Program-made: the position numbers and the translations under genes
Part shown: positions 1 through 10,040 of the stretch, piece after piece
Layout: each line of letters begins with the position of its first letter
Numbering within the stretch: position 1 is the stretch's first letter
The notes under the pieces: generated by a model
What the model was told of the DNA's origin: nothing
Database searches by the model: none
What the model saw: the letters and a program-made list of their open reading frames with translations, nothing else
Sequence record: MT446399.1
Origin: Escherichia virus TH25
DNA length: 51,729 bases
Reading direction: 5' to 3' (one strand)

Positions 1-27
1 GGACCACTGTTCGAACAAATTCCGGCT

Positions 28-79
28 AGATACAGCTGACCGATTGTGAATGAATCTACGTCCAGATACAGTTGACCGA
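28..79. repeat. Imperfect direct repeat pair AGATACAG(C/T)TGACCGA (28-43 and 64-79)
   Basis: Two 16-bp copies differing at one position, spaced 36 bp apart, in ORF-free sequence downstream of nrdB. Confidence 0.4.
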
Positions 80-262
80 CCATTTACCATTTGGTTTTGA
101 ACTTTACGCATTCCTAATATTACTCTTAATATTGTAGCAATATTGGGAATAAGTAATATTGAAAACTTACTTATTTTATTCTAGCTCAAAGAGAAACGAC
201 GCTAACGCATCGAATCTCTTCTCACATATTAACTGACAAACGTCAGCCTTCACCATATCCAA

Positions 263-1381
263 TCATAATTCAAATCCGCCCAGAGCATTGGTGTCAACTT
301 CGGAGTCAATCTGCCCGACAAGGTACGAACTAATCTCCGTTTCCTGTGGAGCAACCTGTACAGCATCCGAATTCAACCATGCATTAATCCACGGAATAGG
401 ATTCGTAGCACCCTTAAATGGAGCATCTAATCCAACTGCTTGCATACGAATATTCGTGATATATTCCACATACCCGCACAGAATTTGCTTGTTTAAGCCA
501 ATCATGGAGCCATCTTTGAACAAATAATCGGCCCAATCTTTCTCCTGTTGAGCAGCATCTTCGAACAATTTCTGGCATTCTTTGCGACATTCTTGAGCAA
601 TTTCACCCATTTCTGGGTCATCTTTGCCACTTGCCAGAATATTCAACATGTGCTGAGTTCCGGTCAAATGGAGTGCTTCATCTCGTGCAATCAGTCGAAT
701 AATCTTGGCATTTCCTTCCATTAACTTACGTTCAGCGAAGGCAAATGAGCAAGCAAAACTAACATAGAAGCGAATTGCTTCAAGTGCGTTGATAGACATG
801 AGGCATAAATAGAGCTTCTTCTTCAACTCACGAAGACTGATTTCATGACCAGCATGGTTCCCTTCTCCGAACAACTGCCATAATGCGGTGAGTTCTTGAA
901 GCTCGTCATAATATTGAGAGATGCCAATTGCTCGTGCTTTGATATGCTCGTTAGTTACAATTTCATCAAAGATAATGCTTGGGTCTGTAACGATGTTTCG
1001 AATAATGTGGGTGTAAGAACGTGAATGGATAGTCTCGGAGAAAGACCAAGTTTCAATCCAAGTTTCAAGCTCAGGAATGCTCACAATTGGAAGCAAAACT
1101 GTGTTCGGTCCACGTCCTTGAATTGAGTCCAGAAGGATTTGATATCGCAAATTACTGGTGAAAATGTGCTGTTCGTTTGCTGGAAGCTTCTGGTAATCAA
1201 TGCGGTCTTGTGAAACATCTACCTCTTCCGGTCTCCAGAAGAATGACAATTGTTTCTCAATCAACTTCTCGAATATACCATACTTCTGCTGGTCATAGCG
1301 AGCAACGTTGACGTTCTGACCAAAGAACATTGGTTCTAATAGTTGGTTATTCTTGGTTTGTGAAAAGGTAGTGTAAGACAT
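263..1381 (-). CDS. nrdB: Ribonucleotide reductase class I small (R2/beta) subunit
   Basis: 372-aa ORF; R2 di-iron ligand blocks [10 protein letters not shown] and ARDEALH and the [11 protein letters not shown] helix are recognisable in the translation. Confidence 0.85.
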   Translation of the reverse strand: MSYTTFSQTKNNQLLEPMFFGQNVNVARYDQQKYGIFEKLIEKQLSFFWRPEEVDVSQDRIDYQKLPANEQHIFTSNLRYQILLDSIQGRGPNTVLLPIVSIPELETWIETWSFSETIHSRSYTHIIRNIVTDPSIIFDEIVTNEHIKARAIGISQYYDELQELTALWQLFGEGNHAGHEISLRELKKKLYLCLMSINALEAIRFYVSFACSFAFAERKLMEGNAKIIRLIARDEALHLTGTQHMLNILASGKDDPEMGEIAQECRKECQKLFEDAAQQEKDWADYLFKDGSMIGLNKQILCGYVEYITNIRMQAVGLDAPFKGATNPIPWINAWLNSDAVQVAPQETEISSYLVGQIDSEVDTNALGGFEL

Positions 1382-1383
1382 TA

Positions 1384-1944
1384 TTATTTATTTCCTAAAT
1401 ACTTATAAAATTTGTGTCCACCGTAGGTTCCTCTTCCAACAACCCTTTTGAAATTACATTTCTCTGTAGCTGTGCAGAAGTGGGTGGCATCGGTTACATC
1501 TGGAGCATCCAACAATGCGAAGTTAATTGCTACATTCATGGTGTCCCAAACCTGTTTTGATTCAGTCTTCCAATTTGTTTTAACTATGTTCTTCCATTGA
1601 GCATTCTTCTTCTTTGCTTCTCTTGTCCAAGCAAACTGGTTGCGTTGATAAACTACATCGCAAACGGTGTTAGCGAATGGCTTCCCGAATTTGATTCGAT
1701 TACGGACGACATTAGCTACCAGAATCTTTCCATGTTTGCTTTCTCCACGAGCTTCAAACCAAATTACTTTGGCATAGCATTCTATATCTTTGCGTTGAGA
1801 AATAGATAGTTTCGGATTTCCATTTAAATAAGATTGACTTGCAAATTCTGTAATAGTGGCGTTCACTGCCCCAGCCGAAGCTGGGACATTTGCGTGAAAC
1901 AGACTCACCAACAGAAATGCAAGAACTTGTGCTGAGGGCATCAT
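1384..1944 (-). CDS. Secreted cell-wall hydrolase (SleB/CwlJ-type), probable endolysin
   Basis: 186 aa; N-terminal hydrophobic signal/SAR-like segment ([20 protein letters not shown]); [25 protein letters not shown] block typical of SleB/CwlJ hydrolases; immediately downstream of holin. Confidence 0.6.
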   Translation of the reverse strand: MMPSAQVLAFLLVSLFHANVPASAGAVNATITEFASQSYLNGNPKLSISQRKDIECYAKVIWFEARGESKHGKILVANVVRNRIKFGKPFANTVCDVVYQRNQFAWTREAKKKNAQWKNIVKTNWKTESKQVWDTMNVAINFALLDAPDVTDATHFCTATEKCNFKRVVGRGTYGGHKFYKYLGNK

Positions 1945-1959
1945 AGTTCCTTGTTTGCA

Positions 1960-2301
1960 TTATTTGGCCTTCTTAAACCAATTGAGTGGGTTGAGTTGTT
2001 TGATTGCAGCAGTGAAGCAATCTCGAATTGTGGTAATGATTAGGTTAGCCCCAATCAAACCAATCACCATTGCAGCGATTGTGGCATAGCGCGGTTCATT
2101 TTTGAATATGTCCACGAAGCCTGGGAGGGAGAAAACGAACGTACCAATGACTACACAAAGTAGGGCATCAAGAATGGCCTTCAATAAGCCTTCCTTTTCA
2201 TATGCCCCACGAATGAGTGCAGTCAATCCAGCAAGAAGTCCATGCAGGACTCCATACTGGTGCATTGCTTCCCACACCATCTGGAAAGTTTGTCTATCCA
2301 T
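1960..2301 (-). CDS. Holin (three predicted transmembrane segments, lambda S-like architecture)
   Basis: 113 aa; three hydrophobic stretches and charged C-terminus; several Met codons near N-terminus; adjacent to hydrolase. Confidence 0.5.
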   Translation of the reverse strand: MDRQTFQMVWEAMHQYGVLHGLLAGLTALIRGAYEKEGLLKAILDALLCVVIGTFVFSLPGFVDIFKNEPRYATIAAMVIGLIGANLIITTIRDCFTAAIKQLNPLNWFKKAK

Positions 2302-2843
2302 TAGATTTCATTCCAGTCAATTACTTCGGTTAAGTCTAGTTGAGAAAGTTTGATACGCTTCTTCTTAAGTTCAATCAACATTTCGTTGTCAGACTTCTTA
2401 GCCATACCAAGCTCAACCATGTCAGTGAGAATACCGATTTCTTCGGTCAGTGGTGCAAGTTTCTTCTTACGCATAAACTCGTTATATTTCACACGGTTTT
2501 CTTTATGCTCAACAAACTTCTCACCATCAAACTTCCAGAAGTGTCTGTTTTCTTCAACACCATCTGGCAGTGATTCCAGCTCAACTATGTTTCCACCGAG
2601 CGGTGTAGCCACAGTGTCACCAGGGCCAAAGTCAATGTGTCGGATAGAGCCATCATTTTCGTACACAACTTTGGCCGTACCATCTTTTAAAGATTTGCGA
2701 ATCTTATACCAGCATGTTCCGTTCTCGTCACAACCGAAGAGAATCTTGTGCTCGTCCTTGAGCACTTGCTGTTTTTCAGTTAGGTCTGTATTCTCAACAA
2801 ACCCTTTATAGTTACGTAGAATAGCAGTCATACCACGCTCCAT
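2301..2843 (-). CDS. Putative tail fibre assembly chaperone
   Basis: 180-aa ORF directly downstream of the last tail-fibre gene; assignment by position only. Confidence 0.3.
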   Translation of the reverse strand: MERGMTAILRNYKGFVENTDLTEKQQVLKDEHKILFGCDENGTCWYKIRKSLKDGTAKVVYENDGSIRHIDFGPGDTVATPLGGNIVELESLPDGVEENRHFWKFDGEKFVEHKENRVKYNEFMRKKKLAPLTEEIGILTDMVELGMAKKSDNEMLIELKKKRIKLSQLDLTEVIDWNEI

Positions 2844-4164
2844 TCACATATTTCTGCAATCTGCGACGACCAATGTAGTCGATAAGTTCGTCAGCAGTTT
2901 GGTTGATTATAGCGGTGATTACCCAACCAGATTCATCTCGATATCCATAGCCATGCCATGTGGTAGACTCTTGGTAAGACGCTAAACGAATGTCTCTCAG
3001 GAATGAGGATTCAGCCCAATTCTCTCGTGCAAATCGGAAAGGACCGCCATTGCCAGTGTAGTCGATGTTACCATCAAGACCAAACAGCCAGTTATGTACT
3101 GCGCCATCATCACTTCGACGAGAGATTACAGGACTTGAGAAGTTTGCTGTTCTGGAGTAAGCGCCGAAAGAAATCCAAGAGCCATATCCATATCCAGTTG
3201 TATTTGTGTTCAGCGTTACAATAGGAACCCAGGAATCTGGAGCAACTTGACAATTATATACACCATAAGGAACATTACCATCTGCCTCCTGACCCCAACC
3301 CCGACCCCAAGTTATGCCACGATACTGCCCAAGCAAATCAAGCTTAAAGTCCTGACCAGTGCCAAGCATCTTAAGTTGGTTGTAGCCCTCTGCGATAAGA
3401 CGTGCAGTGAAGTCTAAACCAGAGTTTGCATAATGGAAGTCGATGTATGGGGTGTTGTTATACAACTCTATTGCACCAACTTCTGTGATTCGGTCGCGTT
3501 GGTTTACTCTTGCAAGCTCTCTCCAGTCGGCCCAATTATGTGAGGCATCAAGTACACGACTTCGAACCCAAACGTTTCCGTAAATTGATGTATAACGTTG
3601 CTGAACATTGTATGCAGTTGGGAGAACTTCCAAAGTACCAGCCGCTGCCGCAGGGTATCCACCAGCAGAGCCAGCTACAGCATCAGATTCTTGGTAGTAA
3701 ACACCAACATCTGACGCACCTGTAAGCAGGTTAATGTTCATGTTTCCGGCATTCTTGCAAGTCATTACAGCATGTGCTGTGTATGCCCTGCTGCCAGACG
3801 AACCTTGGGAATAGTACATAATCGGAGGACGTGCTGCCTGACCATGTGTTACCAAGATTGAAGCATTACTATTATCAGACACGCCAAGGACAGTAATGAT
3901 TACATACGCACCGCTTACAGAAGATAAGTCCCACTTCTGTAACTCTGGGGGAACGTTGACAGCAGAGTTCATCTCAACGTAGAGAACTTCACCATTTACA
4001 AAAGTGTATGTATTGAAGTTGAAGTTTCTTACAAATGCTGTGGTTGGAATCTGGGCATTCTTTTGTCCAACAGTGATTACCTCACCACGAGCAGTACCTG
4101 CATTTAAGAATGCAGCAGACTTTAAGGCGGCAACTAAGCCGCCAAATGACCAACCTTTAGCCAT
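2812..4164 (-). CDS. Tail fibre protein (distal, receptor-binding candidate)
   Basis: 450-aa ORF, Gly/Tyr/Asn-rich beta-type composition, last of three consecutive fibre genes. Confidence 0.45.
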   Translation of the reverse strand: MAKGWSFGGLVAALKSAAFLNAGTARGEVITVGQKNAQIPTTAFVRNFNFNTYTFVNGEVLYVEMNSAVNVPPELQKWDLSSVSGAYVIITVLGVSDNSNASILVTHGQAARPPIMYYSQGSSGSRAYTAHAVMTCKNAGNMNINLLTGASDVGVYYQESDAVAGSAGGYPAAAAGTLEVLPTAYNVQQRYTSIYGNVWVRSRVLDASHNWADWRELARVNQRDRITEVGAIELYNNTPYIDFHYANSGLDFTARLIAEGYNQLKMLGTGQDFKLDLLGQYRGITWGRGWGQEADGNVPYGVYNCQVAPDSWVPIVTLNTNTTGYGYGSWISFGAYSRTANFSSPVISRRSDDGAVHNWLFGLDGNIDYTGNGGPFRFARENWAESSFLRDIRLASYQESTTWHGYGYRDESGWVITAIINQTADELIDYIGRRRLQKYVNGAWYDCYST

Positions 4165-4173
4165 TACATTACC

Positions 4174-5565
4174 TTATAAAGTGGATATTTGGTTTGGTGT
4201 CATCTTGAAATCCCAAACTCGGAAGTTACGAACCGCATAGTTTCTTGAGGTTGGGCGATAGTGAATCTGTGGGTATCTGCCAACACATGCAGCAGCAGCA
4301 TTCTGAGAAGTATCAGAAGCTACACGAACACCATCAACATAAATCTCAAGGCCAGTGGTTGTGCTAAGGGTTGCAACAATACGATACCAACGATTCACCT
4401 GGGCAGGAAGATTATAGTAAATCCAATCACTAGCTCCAGAGGCATTTCGGTTAATATTAAGCTGACCTTTGTTCTGCAAATAGAAATCTATGTTCTCGTT
4501 ATTCAACCCATTTAAGGAAAAGAATACGCCAACAGAATCATCACTACTCGGTGCACGAGGTGTATTAGATAGAATGTCTACACAGATTGTGCAGTCCATA
4601 AAACCATATCCAACACCTTCATACATCACATCCAGAGTATCTTGTCCAGCAGGTCGATACAAAGCACCACCGTAAGCATTGTTGAAGTACAAGCTATCGG
4701 GGGCGTTAATTGCACCCTTACCATAGTTAATGTTGAAATCACCAATCAAGTGCTGACAGAAGTTTGGTTCTGGTACAGCATACTTTGGTTCTTCACGAGC
4801 CTTAACTTCTGCAAATGTTGCATCAGTAATGATTCGAGAGTTGGTGTTTGTTGAAGCCTTGCCAACAACTGGAACACCACTGGCATCCAGACCAATATGT
4901 GTATCACCAGACTGCATGTAGAAGCCAGCAGGACCGAATGACAACTTTGTGGTTCCACTTGCATCAAACAACATACCTTGCTGGAATGTAACAGGTCCGG
5001 TATAAGTGCCGCCAATGATAGGCACAGCACCTGCCTGAGCAGCAGTTACTTGATGGGGATTGTTTCGGTCGTTGGCATGACTTGCAACAAGGGCATTATA
5101 TTGAGCAATCAACGAATCGATTTGTGCTTTGTTGTATGCACCAATCATATTGGCTGTTAGTCTGTGTGGGTTAGAAGTAACATCTGCAATGTGTGCAGAA
5201 ATCTTACTAACAATATCGTCGTAGTCATAACGAGATACTTGAATCGCACTTGCAGCCCACTGCCCTAAGTTCTGGCTAGGGCGCAGAGTACGACTAGGAG
5301 AACCAACAGTTGCAACATAAACAGTTCGAGTTGCATCATCCCACACAAGGGAGCCAAGTCCGTACTGAACATCGGTTCCCCATTCGAAGACACCACGTTC
5401 AGCTAATGCCAGAAGAGTAGTGTCAACCTTATACTGCAAATAGTTAAGAACCTGGAAGGTTGGGATTTCTGCAATCCACCCTTGAAGATACTTAGCATCC
5501 CCAGGGTCACGCCGTAAGTTGGCGTTGTTTGAAGTCCAGACTCTGTTAAGTTTTGGTCTTAACAT
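4174..5565 (-). CDS. Tail fibre protein
   Basis: 463 aa; N-terminal LQGWIAEIPTFQVLNYLQYKVD and repeated NPHxVT / GGTYTGPVTF blocks typical of myovirus tail fibres. Confidence 0.5.
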   Translation of the reverse strand: MLRPKLNRVWTSNNANLRRDPGDAKYLQGWIAEIPTFQVLNYLQYKVDTTLLALAERGVFEWGTDVQYGLGSLVWDDATRTVYVATVGSPSRTLRPSQNLGQWAASAIQVSRYDYDDIVSKISAHIADVTSNPHRLTANMIGAYNKAQIDSLIAQYNALVASHANDRNNPHQVTAAQAGAVPIIGGTYTGPVTFQQGMLFDASGTTKLSFGPAGFYMQSGDTHIGLDASGVPVVGKASTNTNSRIITDATFAEVKAREEPKYAVPEPNFCQHLIGDFNINYGKGAINAPDSLYFNNAYGGALYRPAGQDTLDVMYEGVGYGFMDCTICVDILSNTPRAPSSDDSVGVFFSLNGLNNENIDFYLQNKGQLNINRNASGASDWIYYNLPAQVNRWYRIVATLSTTTGLEIYVDGVRVASDTSQNAAAACVGRYPQIHYRPTSRNYAVRNFRVWDFKMTPNQISTL

Positions 5566-6764
5566 TATCGTCTCGCAAGCATAGAGATTTGGTTGGCAGA
5601 AAGTCTTGGATATACGGCAAAGAATCTTAGAGCCATCACAGTCTTGTCTGCAAATAAGTTATTATCAATGTAGTCTTTCAAATCGAGTCCGTCAGGAAAG
5701 TTGAAAGAATCTCCATTGGCAGTTCGTATGACCACGTCAACTTCATCGGTAGTAACTACAACAACCACAGTAGTAGGTATGTTCAGAATCGGACCAAAGA
5801 ATTTCAACCCATTGTCGGAGATTTTAAATCCACCATACCAAAACTCTGGGTCAATGGTTGTCTCGACAGTCCACAAACCAACAGACTCTGCGTCATTAAT
5901 GTCTTCATGGAAGTTGGCACGGAGCATTGGCACAGGAAGTGCAAACTGATTACCATACTTAATGTTGAAGCTATTGTAGTTTGCTTCCGTGATGATTTCA
6001 AAAGCGCCAGCAGAGTTGATGAACCACGCGTGTCCACCACTGTCCACACCTATTGCAGTGGTTCCGTTGACCAATTCAAATACACCAGTCGAATCATTTC
6101 GATGTGCATATTGTGAAACACCGCTACCAGCATACGCTTCTTCGATGAAAGTTATTGGCCCTGTGAAGGTTCCACCAGATGTTGGAAGTGTTCCAAGTTG
6201 TTCTGGAGTTACCCTGTGAACAGATGCACCAGTTCTGGAGATGTGATACGGGATTGTTGTAACTCGTTCGTCACTGGCAAACCTGTCATACACATAATCT
6301 TGAAGGTAGGTTCCATCAACAATTGTGTCTACAGTATCCTTGTGCGGGTTCTGTTCTGCCATGTGGGCATTGAACGTGTTCTTGAGATATTGAACCTTTT
6401 CATTATACTGAACGAGGTTAGTCTCAAGAACTTCCTGCCACCCACTTCCAGAGGTTGAAGGATTTATATTCCCAGGAATCTCTTCCCGCTTCTGATAAAT
6501 CTTACCATCAACTAATGCAAAAGCACCGAGCGAGTATGTTACAGTGTCGCACCATTGAAGTATGCCACCAAGCAACATCTCTCGAATCTTGACGTCAGTG
6601 ATTTGAGTTAAGAAGTTCTGCCATTGTTCAGGAGGCTTTTCAGCTTCCCAACCAACAGTGGCATATCGGTCTGGAATATAGGATGGTGCAGTTGTATCCA
6701 AGTCGGGGTCAAGTGCTTCGCCATCCTGCGCCCAATATTCTGGGTAATTCAAACGATTTGTCAT
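5565..6764 (-). CDS. Tail fibre protein (proximal)
   Basis: 399 aa; shares the SGGTFTGPITF collar-like block with the next fibre gene; follows baseplate genes. Confidence 0.5.
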   Translation of the reverse strand: MTNRLNYPEYWAQDGEALDPDLDTTAPSYIPDRYATVGWEAEKPPEQWQNFLTQITDVKIREMLLGGILQWCDTVTYSLGAFALVDGKIYQKREEIPGNINPSTSGSGWQEVLETNLVQYNEKVQYLKNTFNAHMAEQNPHKDTVDTIVDGTYLQDYVYDRFASDERVTTIPYHISRTGASVHRVTPEQLGTLPTSGGTFTGPITFIEEAYAGSGVSQYAHRNDSTGVFELVNGTTAIGVDSGGHAWFINSAGAFEIITEANYNSFNIKYGNQFALPVPMLRANFHEDINDAESVGLWTVETTIDPEFWYGGFKISDNGLKFFGPILNIPTTVVVVVTTDEVDVVIRTANGDSFNFPDGLDLKDYIDNNLFADKTVMALRFFAVYPRLSANQISMLARR

Positions 6765-7405
6765 TGGTTCTCCGGCGGATAAACTTTAGAGACGTATGGA
6801 AGGTCAATAGCACCACCATTGTCTGCAAGGGTTATGGAGATGCCAACAGGTTTAAAGTCTGGCAGCATGTAAGCTAACAAGACTTTCTCAGCAACTGACA
6901 AGGTATTATGAACCTGATAATGTAACGTCTGGAACCCTTCAACAATTTCAAGATTCAAGTTACGACCAAGAACAAGGTCTACATAAACAATCAGTTCTTC
7001 GATTGTACAGCTTCCGACAATCTTGCGAATACGAGCACGTATCGCATCTTTAAGCTGAGTGTCGGTACGAACAAAGTCACCAGAGTCCCGGTCACCATCT
7101 GACTTCAAGACACCACCAACGCCAGGATTATTGTCATCTCCAGCAGGGAATGCACTTGGGTCAGAATAGAAGCCGAAGTACCCAAGTGGTGCAGCACCAT
7201 AGATAGTACGGCTGGCACCAACGAGATATGCAATATCATCAACCATGACGCCGAATGAATCAGCAAGGTAGCGATATTTAACAGACTCTTCTTGAGCATT
7301 TTGAACGAGCTTTAACTCGTCCAAGAAAATCTGGATATATGCCCGTAAGTTTGGAGAATCACTATACTGCATTAGCAGCATATCTAAACCAGATTTACCA
7401 GCCAT
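6761..7405 (-). CDS. Baseplate wedge protein (P2 gpI / Mu gp48-like, tentative)
   Basis: 214-aa ORF immediately after J-like gene with ATGA overlap; position-based. Confidence 0.35.
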   Translation of the reverse strand: MAGKSGLDMLLMQYSDSPNLRAYIQIFLDELKLVQNAQEESVKYRYLADSFGVMVDDIAYLVGASRTIYGAAPLGYFGFYSDPSAFPAGDDNNPGVGGVLKSDGDRDSGDFVRTDTQLKDAIRARIRKIVGSCTIEELIVYVDLVLGRNLNLEIVEGFQTLHYQVHNTLSVAEKVLLAYMLPDFKPVGISITLADNGGAIDLPYVSKVYPPENQ

Positions 7406-7413
7406 GATTAACC

Positions 7414-8568
7414 TTATGGTGTTTCAGTGAAAATTACAGATGCAGTTGTGGCTTCTGCCTTCTTATCAATGTCCAGTTCGATTGTAGCAATTCCAGTAGG
7501 ACTTGCAGAAGTACCAATGAACAATGAATCAACCTGAACGCCATTAGTGGCATCCATGATAGGTTTGAAACATTCTGACCAGATAACAGAATCACCTGGG
7601 TTCAGGGAGTTGATATAATCCATCATAGCCGTTTGCAACTGGCGTGCAGCATCGTTGGAACTAATGTTAGAACCAGGGCGACGCTTGAATGTACCAGTTA
7701 CATAAATGGTTGCACCTTCTGGACGGCTGAACTTAACTTCGTGCGGATAACCTTTACTATCATAGATAGACACAGATGTAGTCCCGTGAGTAGGAACGCC
7801 ACCCGTTTTGGATGAATAGATTCGACGAGCAATTTCGTCTTCTGTTCCACCTTCTACGACAACAAAGACTGTACCCGAAGGCTGAGTCCCAATAGGAGCG
7901 CCGGTATCATTATCACGAATACGAAGGTAAGATAGATTAAGGTCAGCGAGTGCAGCGTAAATAGCTTCAACAAAGGCCGAACCGCTGTGCGCAGTAGTCC
8001 TGTCACGGCGAGTACGAAGTGCTGGGTCAGACTCATAATCCACACCTGTTTGACCAATCTCTGGGTTGTTAACTGATTCCCAACCTGCGACTGGTGTATT
8101 GATTTTATTAACAGTGTCGGCAGCAATATAATACTCACCAGTTTCTGTGGCTACTGCCGTAACAGTTCCTGGAATAGTGCAATCATACTGTGTTTCGAAA
8201 TCCATTGTTCCATCGCTGACAATAGAGCCAGCAGGTACAAGAGTGCCAGCCTGACCAGCACAACGGACACCAACACGAGAAGGCCAGTTGACCAATCGTT
8301 TAGTGAAGGTCAGTTCACAGATGTTGTCCAAACCAACCTTCTGCATTGCACCAGGACGATAGGCATTGAATACCATTTCAGCCTGTTGCCAGCACTTAGA
8401 GATTTCTTCCGAAATGATTCCAATAACCTGACCATCTGGGCCTTCTGGACTAATGTCAAAGTTGGCACCAAACACGCTAAGGAATCTGCTATTAATGTGC
8501 GACACGATTTCTTGAACAGGCTTCTGTACGAACCCGTTTTCAGTCACGCCGTACTGGATTGTTGCCAT
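7414..8568 (-). CDS. Baseplate protein J-like
   Basis: 384 aa; position between W-like and I-like genes and J-family-like N-terminus. Confidence 0.5.
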   Translation of the reverse strand: MATIQYGVTENGFVQKPVQEIVSHINSRFLSVFGANFDISPEGPDGQVIGIISEEISKCWQQAEMVFNAYRPGAMQKVGLDNICELTFTKRLVNWPSRVGVRCAGQAGTLVPAGSIVSDGTMDFETQYDCTIPGTVTAVATETGEYYIAADTVNKINTPVAGWESVNNPEIGQTGVDYESDPALRTRRDRTTAHSGSAFVEAIYAALADLNLSYLRIRDNDTGAPIGTQPSGTVFVVVEGGTEDEIARRIYSSKTGGVPTHGTTSVSIYDSKGYPHEVKFSRPEGATIYVTGTFKRRPGSNISSNDAARQLQTAMMDYINSLNPGDSVIWSECFKPIMDATNGVQVDSLFIGTSASPTGIATIELDIDKKAEATTASVIFTETP

Positions 8569-8915
8569 GTTAAGTAATCCTCAAGATTCCCGTAATCGGA
8601 GATAGCAATGAAAGAGATTCTTACTTCACGCTCACGGAAATCAGCATCAATGTTTATAGAGATAAGTTGTTGAACACCAGGAGTGCTTCGAATGACATTG
8701 GCGATAGCCGCCTCAATGTCGGCAGTTCGAACAGTTTTAGTGAAGATTCCTTCAAACCAAGGAAGACCAGTGGTCGGGTCATGTTTCCATTCTCCGAACA
8801 CCGTCAGTAATCTGCACTTAACTATTTGAGCAACCTCTTCTACACCACCAACCCTGGTTGCACCACGACCAATAATAATATCGTGGTTAGAATCTAATAG
8901 TAAGTTTCCAGCCAT
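8544..8915 (-). CDS. Baseplate protein W / gp25-like
   Basis: 123-aa ORF between V-like and J-like genes. Confidence 0.4.
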   Translation of the reverse strand: MAGNLLLDSNHDIIIGRGATRVGGVEEVAQIVKCRLLTVFGEWKHDPTTGLPWFEGIFTKTVRTADIEAAIANVIRSTPGVQQLISINIDADFREREVRISFIAISDYGNLEDYLTWQQSSTA

Positions 8916-9709
8916 TATTTCATCGGCCCTACATCGCCGCCTTCTGGGTTAGTGTGAGTGTGTTCGTTAACCGTGACCCCGTTAATGGTGAACGTACCCT
9001 GTTGAATCATGTTGCCTGTGATGGACATTGTTCCACCACCACTGCCACCGGACACAGACATTCCACCAAGTACAGTGAGTGACTTGGTAACTGTTGTGTC
9101 GCCATCCAGAAGGATTTGAGGCGAGATAACAGACGCTTTCTCTGTCGCTTCAATTACTATCTCCGAATCTTTCGTGATTGTAATCTTTGCAGCACCAGTA
9201 ATAAGTTCTACCTTTCCGTCACCATGAAGTGTCAGACGTTGGTCACGACTTGCATTTCGGAGTTCAGTAACTCCTGCATTAAATCCTGGTATTGCACCTG
9301 GAATTGGTTGTGTCCCAATAATACACACAGCAGAATTGTGAGAGAACAATTGGCTGAATGCTGGAGCAGGTCTTCCACCAATCATGCCAGCAGAGTCTTT
9401 ATTCTCTGCCAGCCAATGTTCGATTCCACGTTGAGCAAAATGAACATAGCAAGGAGTACCATCTGGGACTGGATGCGTTAAACTCCAGCCACCGCCCTGA
9501 ATGAATTGTACGGGAACATTTCTGAGCCGCTTCTTCTTCTCCAGGGTGTAGGCATTGGTGTAGCCTGTGAACAGGTTTTCGATTGCAAGCTGCACCTCAC
9601 ATGTTTGAGTTACAGCATCGAAGTTATAAATATGGCCTGGGTATCCTGTGTTAACAGTTGCAGACTTTACATCGTTGTTATGACTCGCCACGTTCAAGCA
9701 CACTCGCAT
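8915..9709 (-). CDS. Baseplate spike/hub protein (P2 gpV / Mu gp45-like)
   Basis: 264 aa; C-terminal NEHTHTNPEGGDVGPMK block resembles the conserved V/gp45 C-terminus. Confidence 0.5.
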   Translation of the reverse strand: MRVCLNVASHNNDVKSATVNTGYPGHIYNFDAVTQTCEVQLAIENLFTGYTNAYTLEKKKRLRNVPVQFIQGGGWSLTHPVPDGTPCYVHFAQRGIEHWLAENKDSAGMIGGRPAPAFSQLFSHNSAVCIIGTQPIPGAIPGFNAGVTELRNASRDQRLTLHGDGKVELITGAAKITITKDSEIVIEATEKASVISPQILLDGDTTVTKSLTVLGGMSVSGGSGGGTMSITGNMIQQGTFTINGVTVNEHTHTNPEGGDVGPMK

Positions 9710-10040
9710 CTACGATGAAGAGGAACATTTGTCGCCAAGTGTAGACCTCTTCTCCTGGGCTTACAGTATTCGTAACGTACATGTTCGGAAGTGGTGTACT
9801 GTATTGCTTAAGAATATCAATACCACCACGAATTGGGATTCCGTAAATCTTTTCAGATGCACCCCAAGCAAGGTCAAACATGTAACAGTTTAAATACTCG
9901 TTTAAATACAATGCAGACATTTTGACTGTGATTCCACGAAACTCAAAAGATACATCCTTTGAAATATCGTATGGAACAGTCTTCACATATCCTGGAGGGA
10001 GTAGTGATAATATTTCTTGCAGTGCTTGTTGTTCTGTCAT
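9678..10040 (-). CDS. Tail/baseplate protein, function unknown
   Basis: 120-aa ORF in baseplate cluster. Confidence 0.25.
   Translation of the reverse strand: MTEQQALQEILSLLPPGYVKTVPYDISKDVSFEFRGITVKMSALYLNEYLNCYMFDLAWGASEKIYGIPIRGGIDILKQYSTPLPNMYVTNTVSPGEEVYTWRQMFLFIVDASVLERGES

Noticed and set aside
1754-1960. 68-aa minus-strand ORF
   Set aside because: Out-of-frame overlap with the hydrolase gene 5' end; shadow ORF
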